A stretch of 32,000 nt of DNA, from the NCBI RefSeq assembly GCF_000981785.2, contig NZ_CP011304.1, positions 4,262,214-4,294,213 on the forward strand, written 5' to 3'. This DNA comes from Microcystis aeruginosa NIES-2549 (GTDB lineage: Bacteria; Cyanobacteriota; Cyanobacteriia; Cyanobacteriales; Microcystaceae). The notes under the pieces were generated by a model. That model searched no databases, was not told the origin of the DNA, and was given only the letters and a program-made list of their open reading frames with translations. Positions 25,750 through 32,000 of this stretch are shown here, one piece after another (position 1 is the first letter of the stretch; every line of letters begins with the position of its first letter). A program made the position numbers and the translations under genes.

Positions 25750-28120
25750 GTGCGACTCGTTCCTACCAAAAGTCTAACAGACGTGGGTAGGACAAGGTTG
25801 AGAACCTTGATAACTCAATAACCGTGAAGGTGAAAGTCCTTCCCTCCAGATGATGGAGTGACAGCATAACCCCTTCCTGTGGAGAACGGTCATCAAAATG
25901 GGAAAAGCGGGGTTAAATGGCAGTAAAGATGAATCTGACATCAAAACCTGTCTAGCATCTAACTATGTGTATGAATAAGAACTTCCGTCAGAAGTATCGT
26001 CACTGAAACCTAGCCTACACAGATTATTGGCTGGCAACAAAATGTTAACAAGCTAACGTACTGGGAAAAGATAGAGTTCAACCAGAATCATCTACACAGC
26101 TTCGGTATAGAGGAAGACACTAAAGTTAGGAATACGGTTGTTGGGAACGAAGTAATCCTTATGAATCTCTTAGATAGGTCGAAATCTAAGTAGTAACCAG
26201 CGTAAGACTCATATAGGAAAGGATTGTGTAAGAAGCCAACGCCTATCTGTAATAGATAAGGATATGCTGACGTACACACTGTTCAATGGAATGAATGGTC
26301 TTAAGTAGTAATGAAAAAGTTATGAACACGGCAACAAAACCGATGTATGAATGGAAGGACATCAACTGGCGAAAAGCTGAAAGATGTGTTTTTAAGTTAT
26401 CAAAAAGAATATTCAAAGCCAGTCAACGGGGTGATGTCAAATTAGTCCACAAATTACAAAGGCTACTCCTAAAAAGCTGGTACGCCAAACTGATAGCCGT
26501 CAGACGGGTTAGCCAAGATAATCAAGGCAAGAAAACCGCAGGGGTAGATGGGATAAAATCCTTAACACCCAAACAAAGAATGGCACTTGTCAATAATCTA
26601 AAACCTGGCAATAAATCAAAACCAACTCGTAGAGTATGGATACCAAAACCCAATACGGATGAAAAGCGACCTCTAGGGATTCCCACCATGTACGAACGGG
26701 CATTACAAGCCTTAGTAAAACTGGCATTAGAACCCGAATGGGAAGCAAAATTTGAACCTAACAGTTATGGATTTAGACCAGCACGTTCAGCCCATGACGC
26801 AATCGGAGCAATCTACATAAGCATCAACAAAAAGCCCAAATATGTGCTAGATGCGGACATAAGTAAATGCTTTGATAAAATAAACCACCAGAAACTACTG
26901 ACAAAACTTCAAACTTACCCCAAGCTAAGACAACAAATCAAAGCATGGCTAAAGAGTGGAGTCATGGATGGAAAAAACCTATTCCCTACCAATGAAGGCA
27001 CACCACAGGGAGGTGTAATCTCCCCTTTACTAGCTAACATAGCCTTACACGGCATGGAAGAAAGAGTTAAGCAATATGCAAAAACTCTGAAAGGCAATAA
27101 ATCCAAAAATGAACAAGCCTTAACCCTAATCAGATATGCAGATGATTTTGTTATCCTGCACGAAGATTTAAAGGTAATAAAGGAATGTCAAGAAATCATT
27201 AAACAATGGTTAGCAGAAATGGGGCTAGAACTGAAGCCTAGTAAAACAAGAATATCCCATACTCTTGAAACTTATGATGATTACGTTGGATTTGATTTTC
27301 TCGGATTCAACATCAGGCAATACCAAGTCGGAAAACATCACGGGGCAAAAAGTAGTAAAGGAGTCAAACTAGGTTTTAAAACCCTAATCAAGCCTAGTGC
27401 TGAAAAAGTCAAGTCCCATCTAAAGAAATTGGGAGAAGTAGTAAATAGTCAGAAGTCATCCCCACAGGATGCCTTAATCAAACGACTCAATCCAATCATT
27501 AGAGGATGGAGCAATTACTATTCATCAGTAGTAAGCTCAAAAACATTCACAGATTGTGATTACTACTTCTTTGAAAAACTCAAGAGATGGGCATACAGAC
27601 GACACCCAATGAAAAACAAAACTTGGATAATGCGTAAATATTGGCATACTGAGGGAAAAGATAATTGGGTATTCAGCACAAGAGGAGGTAAAAACCCCTT
27701 CAAACTGGCAAGACACCTAGATACAAAAATCGTAAGATACGTCAAGGTGAAAGGGGATAAAAGTCCCTATGATGGGGATTTAATATACTGGAGTAGTCGA
27801 ATGGGTAAACACCCAGAAATGCCACCAGAAAAAGCTATTCTACTCAAAAGACAGCAAGGACGTTGTGCATATTGTGGACTATATTTCCAAGATGGAGACA
27901 TACTCGAAACCGACCACATTATCCCTAAATCAAAAGGGGGTAAAAACAATCGAGATAATAAACAGTTACTCCATCGACATTGCCACGATTCTAAAACTGC
28001 ATTAGATAAAACTGGTACTCATGACAAAGAGCCATTGGAGAGAGGAGCGGTGTGAGGTGAAAGTCTCACGCACCGTTTTGAAGCCGAGCCAGAATGGTGA
28101 CATATCTGGCTTAGGGCAAC
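25750..28120 (+). mobile_element. bacterial group II intron (2371 nt) with an intron-encoded RT-maturase-HNH protein
   Basis: The 5' end is GUGCGAC and the 3' end is ...AAC. Domain V (28045-28078) is GAGCGGUGUGAGGUGAAAGUCUCACGCACCGUUU, close to the DV consensus with the AGC triad and a GAAA loop. Domain VI has a stem of 28087-28093 with 28105-28111 and a bulged A at 28113, 7 nt from the 3' splice site. Removing the intron precisely restores the conserved TnpB N-terminus. A tentative EBS1 gataga (26070-26075) pairs with IBS1 tctatc (25744-25749). Confidence 0.88.
26295..28055 (+). CDS. group II intron reverse transcriptase / maturase with a C-terminal HNH endonuclease domain
   Basis: RT motifs (RRVWIPKPN...KRPLGIPT, FDKINH, GTPQGGVISPLLANI, YADDFVIL), an X/maturase region (LNPIIRGWSNYY) and HNH (CAYCG...DHIIPKSKGGKNNRDNKQLLHRHCH). 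The start may be the internal M at 26322. Confidence 0.92.
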   Translation: MVLSSNEKVMNTATKPMYEWKDINWRKAERCVFKLSKRIFKASQRGDVKLVHKLQRLLLKSWYAKLIAVRRVSQDNQGKKTAGVDGIKSLTPKQRMALVNNLKPGNKSKPTRRVWIPKPNTDEKRPLGIPTMYERALQALVKLALEPEWEAKFEPNSYGFRPARSAHDAIGAIYISINKKPKYVLDADISKCFDKINHQKLLTKLQTYPKLRQQIKAWLKSGVMDGKNLFPTNEGTPQGGVISPLLANIALHGMEERVKQYAKTLKGNKSKNEQALTLIRYADDFVILHEDLKVIKECQEIIKQWLAEMGLELKPSKTRISHTLETYDDYVGFDFLGFNIRQYQVGKHHGAKSSKGVKLGFKTLIKPSAEKVKSHLKKLGEVVNSQKSSPQDALIKRLNPIIRGWSNYYSSVVSSKTFTDCDYYFFEKLKRWAYRRHPMKNKTWIMRKYWHTEGKDNWVFSTRGGKNPFKLARHLDTKIVRYVKVKGDKSPYDGDLIYWSSRMGKHPEMPPEKAILLKRQQGRCAYCGLYFQDGDILETDHIIPKSKGGKNNRDNKQLLHRHCHDSKTALDKTGTHDKEPLERGAV

Positions 28121-28451
28121 CGACCAGTGAGCAATCCGTTTTGCTTGCCAAGTCGTTTGGCTGTGCTAGATGGTTTTACAATTACGCTCTAAACTTGACA
28201 TCCGAAACTTACAAGCAAACTGGAAAAGGATTAAGCAGAGACGAAATAATTAAGCTGCTGCCTTCCCTAAAAAAAAGTATGAGTGGTTAAGCGAAGTACC
28301 ATCGCAGGTATTACAACAAGCCGCTTTAAATCTTTCTAGTGCTTTCCTTAACTTTTTTGAAGGTAGAGCTAAATATCCTAACTTCAAGAAAAAACAGAAT
28401 AGGCAGTCGATTAGATTTCCTCAGCACTGTAAGTTAAAAAATGATGTTCTG

Positions 28452-28554
28452 GTATTAAGTAGTCGTGCAAAATAAATTTCCTAGTGAAGATAGGCAAGAG
28501 GCAATAGGCAAGAGGCAAAAGCTTTATCGAAATGTGTAATTAATGTTGCTTAGG
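28452..28554. mobile_element. roughly 103-bp insertion (MITE-like or footprint) inside tnpB
   Basis: Deleting exactly 28452-28554 joins ...KLKNDVL to YLPKIGEVHC... in frame and with the spacing seen in TnpB proteins. The insert contains stops and an internal direct repeat (ggcaagaggcaa taggcaagaggcaa). GGTA occurs at both junctions. Confidence 0.5.
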
Positions 28555-29407
28555 TACTTACCTAAAATTGGTGAAGTCCATTGCCAAGTTTCACGGCAAC
28601 CAGAGGGAGACTTAAAGTCTGTTACGGTTTCAGTTAATCCATCAGGAGAATATTTCGCATCTTGTCTTTATGATGATGGTCAGGATTTACCCCAAAAATT
28701 AACAGAAGGAAAAACTATCGGGATAGACGTTGGACTAACCCATTTTGCTATTACATCAGATGGGACTAAACACGGGAATCCTCAATACTACCGTAAGTAC
28801 GAACAGAGATTAGCGAGGAGACAAAAGAAACTTAGTCGCAAGCAAAAAGGGTCTAACAACCGCAATAAAGCTAGAGTTAAAGTTGCTAAAGTTCACTCTA
28901 AAATTGTTCGTTGTCGTGAAGATTTTCTGCACAAACTAAGTCGTAAATTAGTTGACGAAAACCAAGTCATAGTGATAGAAAATCTGGCAGTCAGAAACAT
29001 GATCAAGAATCAAAATCTAGCCAAGTCAATTAGTGATGCTGGTTGGGGTCAATTCTGTACCATGTTGAAATATAAAGCTGAATGGGAAGGGAAAATTTAT
29101 CTTGAAGTAAATAGATTTTTTCCTAGTTCCAAGACTTGTAGTAACTGCTTAAATCGTGTTGATAGTTTGAGTTTAGATATTCGTAGTTGGCAATGTCCTA
29201 AGTGTGGAGAAACCCACGATAGAGACATCAATGCCGCTAAGAATATTCGAGATGAAGGTTTACGAATTTTGGCGGTAGGGCATACCGCTACTGCTTCTGG
29301 AGGGAGAGTAAGACCAAGTAAAGGCACTGCTTTTGCAAGGCATCTCCCCGTGAATGAAGAATCCCTCGCTTCAGTGCTTCGGGGAGTGTCAACCCATTCC
29401 CTGCCAA

Positions 29408-30097
29408 TGGACTGAACTGGGAATCCGTCGCTATGGTTTCCATGGCACCAGTCATCAGTACTGCTCGCAACGGGCCGCCGAATTGTTGGGAAAACCCCTA
29501 GAATCCTTGAAAATGGTGATCTGTCATCTGGGCAATGGTGCTTCCCTATCGGCAGTCAAGGGGGGTAAAAGTATCGATACCACTATGGGATTTACTCCCC
29601 TAGAGGGATTGATGATGGGAACCCGCAGCGGTACGATCAATCCAGTGATTCTGATTTATCTAGAGCGAGAATACCAATATAATCCCGATATTTTAAAGAT
29701 TTTACTGCATAAAGAATCTGGTTTAAAGGAAATTTCGGGTATTTCTGGGGATATGCGGGCAATTACGACGGCAATGGCCGAAGGCAACCAGAGGGCAAAA
29801 TTAGCATTTGAGATGTATATTCATCGTCTGAAAAGTTTAATCGGATCGATGATTGCTTCTCTGGAGGGGTTGGATGTGTTGGTATTTACGGCAGGAATCG
29901 GCGAAAATTCAGCTTTAGTACGGGAAAAAGCCAGTCAAGGCTGGTCTTTTTTGGGTTTAGAGTTAGATTTGGCTAAAAATGCCGCCCATCCCCGCGATGA
30001 GGATATCGCCACCGACACATCTAAAGTAAGAGTGATGGTAATTGCTACGGCGGAAGATTCGGCGATCGCAAGAGAATGCTGGCATTTATCCCCATAG
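29408..30097 (+). pseudogene. ackA: acetate kinase, 3' fragment (about the C-terminal 230 codons)
   Basis: WTELGIRRYGFHGTSHQYC...MVICHLGNGASLSAVKGGKSIDTTMGFTPLEGLMMGTRSG...VFTAGIGENS matches AckA from its mid-protein GIRRYGFHGTSH motif to the end. About 170 codons between the two fragments are absent from the window. Confidence 0.85.
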
Positions 30098-30101
30098 CTC
30101 C

Positions 30102-30653
30102 TTACCTTTGGCCATTCTCTTTTGGCTGTTCCGTTGTGGGAATCTCCATAATCGGATGGTTGAGAGCAATCATCAAATGGTCTCCCTCTTGGCTAATACT
30201 TCCCGGCCCGCTCGCCATTTGGGAGAGGGGATCATTGCGTCCCGAGATGAAGTAGGAACTAACAGCGATCGCCATAGCGGTAAAAATTGCGCCACCATAA
30301 ACATAATATTGCCGACGACGCTGACCATCGACTTTTCTGAACACCTGTTCTGCCAATCGGTCGCCGGCCATAGCAACCGGTACGGGGATTTGCTTTAAAT
30401 TAGTTTGTAATCCCAAGAGCTGCCGATAGAGTTTTTTAGCGGCAGCATCATGGTCTAACCAATGCTGAACTAGCTTCCTTTCCTCTACCGTTACTTCGTT
30501 ATCAATATAGGCGCTAATTAAATCGAAACGATGAGCTTCTTCGTTATCCTCATCTAAGAATAAAATATCCTCGGTTGCGGGGTTGGAATCGCCCTCATCG
30601 TGACGTAACAAAGACTTGATCCATTGAACGTCTTCGGGTTGATAATTATTCAT
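30102..30653 (-). CDS. anti-sigma factor (single-pass membrane protein), partner of the upstream ECF sigma
   Basis: LISAYIDNEVTVEERKLVQHWLDHDAAAKKLYRQLLGL resembles the anti-sigma N-terminal helix. A single TM helix is YVYGGAIFTAMAIAVSSYFI. It lies immediately downstream of the sigma gene. The open frame extends to 30686, but the MNNYQ start at 30653 is more likely. Confidence 0.65.
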   Translation of the reverse strand: MNNYQPEDVQWIKSLLRHDEGDSNPATEDILFLDEDNEEAHRFDLISAYIDNEVTVEERKLVQHWLDHDAAAKKLYRQLLGLQTNLKQIPVPVAMAGDRLAEQVFRKVDGQRRRQYYVYGGAIFTAMAIAVSSYFISGRNDPLSQMASGPGSISQEGDHLMIALNHPIMEIPTTEQPKENGQR

Positions 30654-30766
30654 GGTTGACCTCGACCAGAAGCGATCGGTATACAATCACTTTTCACCAG
30701 CACGTAGCTAGTTAACTTTAACGACTCCTCACTTCGACCCTTAGTGCCGAATCACCACAATTTTCC

Positions 30767-31423
30767 TTAGCCTTCCGTAAAATAGGGCTGTAAAACAGAT
30801 TGTAATTTAGCGCGAGCGCGAGCAATGCGAGATTTAACAGTTCCTAAAGAAACTCCTGTGATCTCGGCAATTTCTTCGTAGGCCATGCCTTCAATTTCTC
30901 GGAGAATAATAGTTGTCCGAAAAGCTTCTGGTAAATCAGCGATCGCAGCCTGTAATTGATCGTAGAATTCGTGGGTGGTGAGATGTTCATCGGGACTGGG
31001 GTAATCGGACTCGATATCCCAATCGATTTCGCCATCTTCCACGCGCCGGGGAGCATCCAGAGAAATGGGGTGATTAACCCGCTTGCGTTTCCGCAATTCG
31101 TCGTAAAAAAGATTGGTAGCAATGCGACTTAACCAACCACGGAACTTGAGGGGTTCATGGAGACGGTTAATATTGCGATAGACGCGAATCCAGACCTCTT
31201 GAGCCAAATCGGCGCGATCTTGCCAATCGGGAGCCAAATGATAGAGTAATTTATCAACATGAGCCTGATAGCGCCGCAGCAGTTCCGCAAAGGCTGCTCG
31301 ATCGGGCTGGCACCCTTCCTGACAGCGTGCAATCAGATCGTAGTTGGAGAGTTTGTCAGGGGACAAGGGGTTTTGAGACTTTTTGGCCTCAAGTGACCAA
31401 GATGCTGGAATCGATTGACTCAT
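30767..31423 (-). CDS. RNA polymerase sigma-70 family ECF-type sigma factor (SigG-like)
   Basis: Region 2 is DRADLAQEVWIRVYRNINRL...FRGWLSRIATNLFYDELRKR. Region 4 is the HTH YEEIAEITGVSLGTVKSRIARARAKL. Confidence 0.9.
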   Translation of the reverse strand: MSQSIPASWSLEAKKSQNPLSPDKLSNYDLIARCQEGCQPDRAAFAELLRRYQAHVDKLLYHLAPDWQDRADLAQEVWIRVYRNINRLHEPLKFRGWLSRIATNLFYDELRKRKRVNHPISLDAPRRVEDGEIDWDIESDYPSPDEHLTTHEFYDQLQAAIADLPEAFRTTIILREIEGMAYEEIAEITGVSLGTVKSRIARARAKLQSVLQPYFTEG

Positions 31424-31819
31424 GGGATTTCCTCAAGGGTATAAACTCCTCACTCAGGGCTTGAGGACGGGAGAAGTTAGCAAAGGTTCCCGAAAATAAA
31501 TAATTTTTTTTCTATATCTTGATTCTAACTGATCGAACCGATCTGAATCAGGTTGGTAGTTGCTGGACTGGGATTTGAGCGGGGCATTCAATCTCGTTCG
31601 GCCACGGGGCTAAAAACCTTACTAAGCAGTTATTTCAGCCATTGCATCCCTATTTGATGCCTAAACAGTTCCCACTTATGAGAAACGCTGTCACCACCAT
31701 CAAGAGCTAATTAGAACAAAATTACTATACAAAAATACCCCGCCAGAAAAAGGGGAAATAGCCGAAAGGCTGATGTAGCAAGGGATAGAAAAAAGATCAA
31801 AAAATTTTGCCAAAAGGGG

Positions 31820-31848
31820 TTGACAAACCTGGGGAAGTTAGATACATT
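31820..31848 (+). promoter_or_regulatory. candidate strong sigma-70 promoter firing toward the window end
   Basis: TTGACA (31820-31825), an exact 17-nt spacer, then TACATT (31843-31848). It is followed by at least 150 nt of non-coding, A-rich leader with no ORF before the window ends. Confidence 0.4.
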
Positions 31849-32000
31849 GGTAAATGCGCGGTTGAAGCAAAGCGAAAGCGAAGCGAAACAAACGACGCTG
31901 GAACCTAGACAAAACAATAGTTTGAAAGCCAAGTAAAACAGCCTCGTTTAGAAGCAATTCTATAACAAAGAAGTCAAACCCGCAAGGGGGAGACGAAAAA

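Larger units (their letters stand above)
24386..29392 (+). mobile_element. IS200/IS605-family tnpB-only element (IS1341-like) inserted in ackA and carrying three secondary insertions; the boundaries are approximate
   Basis: Left end: a structured region at 24386-24488 (long-range gtcgggg/ccccgac and tcggcgtgag/ctcacggccga stems), continued after the IS5-type insertion at 25638-25718 with a TTGACA-18nt-TATCAT promoter. Then come the tnpB exons. The right end is inferred at about 29392, where ackA homology resumes. Confidence 0.55.
25719..29415 (+). pseudogene. tnpB: tnpB (IS605 OrfB) interrupted by a group II intron, a frameshift in an A8 run and a roughly 103-bp insertion
   Basis: Exon 1 (25719-25749) encodes MLKAFKYRIY plus the first nt of the Pro codon. 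Exon 2 from 28121 continues PTSEQSVLLAKSFGCARWFYNYAL...LKK. The frame changes at 28269-28276. The next segment, YEWLSEVPSQVLQQAALNLSSAFLNFFEGRAKYPNFKKK...KLKNDVL, ends at 28451. The C-terminal part YLPKIGEVHC...IDVGLTHFA...CSNCLN...CPKCGETHDRDINAAKNI resumes at 28555. The terminal roughly 25 nt of the ORF probably read through into ackA sequence. Confidence 0.8.

Noticed and set aside
28021-28290. Track ORF of 89 aa (MTKSHWREERCEVKVSRTVL...).
   Set aside because: Its first roughly 33 codons are a translation of group II intron domains V/VI. Only the part from 28121 is real coding sequence (tnpB exon 2). It is not an independent gene.
29354-29407. N-terminal 18 codons of track ORF 29354..30097 (MKNPSLQCFGECQPIPCQ).
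   Set aside because: This stretch overlaps the 3' end and right end of the tnpB element in another frame, and its first roughly 13 residues show no AckA similarity (weak resemblance begins around PIPCQW, near the inferred element boundary at 29392). The ATG is fortuitous. Clear AckA homology starts near 29408, so the ORF is a gene fragment, not a complete CDS.
1178-31332. Remaining short track ORFs that overlap longer recognised genes in other frames or on the opposite strand. Examples: 1178..1450, 3584..3772, 4380..4706, 4710..4913, 5040..5240, 5572..5838, 8490..8723, 8932..9126, 9807..10037, 10225..10582, 11066..11251, 12089..12283, 13112..13312, 15104..15418, 16506..16956, 17383..17583, 17818..18027, 19346..19579, 21070..21267, 21595..21792, 23700..24012, 26088..26279, 26915..27949, 29097..29470, 30042..30398, 30844..31332.
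   Set aside because: Each is fully or largely embedded in a longer ORF with clear family motifs. They have low-complexity or biased composition typical of shadow frames.
31711-31932. 73-aa minus-strand ORF at the window end.
   Set aside because: It is a low-complexity Phe/Leu-rich translation of the A-rich leader and promoter region on the opposite strand. It spans the consensus promoter.

Overview
Cyanobacterial chromosomal segment. The HIP1 palindrome GCGATCGC occurs at least ten times, heptamer STRR-like repeats sit at gene ends, and phycobilisome-like, fibrillin, GUN4 and SigG-like genes are present. The style resembles Microcystis, but that is inference only. The housekeeping backbone is: a minus-strand polysaccharide operon (GT4, gmd, GT2) plus a divergent GT2; folB; an FMN reductase; a rhomboid protease; nth-rseP; a fibrillin; bolA; a split cobalamin cluster (cobL, then a cobalamin riboswitch with cobG-cobH-cobI); dprA; trxA; and an ECF sigma/anti-sigma pair. 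Mobile and repeat DNA is layered on this backbone. (1) An IS200/IS605 element has an intact tnpB and a frameshifted tnpA, and abuts the rhomboid gene. (2) ackA is destroyed by a nested composite: an IS605-family tnpB element that itself carries an IS5/Harbinger-type IS with a 3-bp target-site duplication (TSD), a complete group II intron (RT-maturase-HNH) inserted in tnpB codon 11, a poly-A frameshift and a roughly 103-bp insertion. (3) A hairpin-repeat-rich accessory block at 12.9-16.4 kb encodes a membrane-anchored NACHT-GUN4 STAND NTPase and a small DUF559 (Vsr-fold) endonuclease. The DUF559 gene lies between inverted tandem arrays (4 x 71 bp and 4 x 58 bp) that share a perfect 35-nt module. 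(4) Two tandem, near-identical coiled-coil/PD-(D/E)XK genes are wedged between cobL and the B12 riboswitch. The candidate I rate highest for an undescribed system is the DUF559 nuclease with its cognate inverted hairpin arrays, a RAYT/REPIN-like architecture, together with the adjacent NACHT-GUN4 gene. No rRNA, tRNA or CRISPR array was recognised by eye. All calls come from reading the translations and the DNA; no searches were run.
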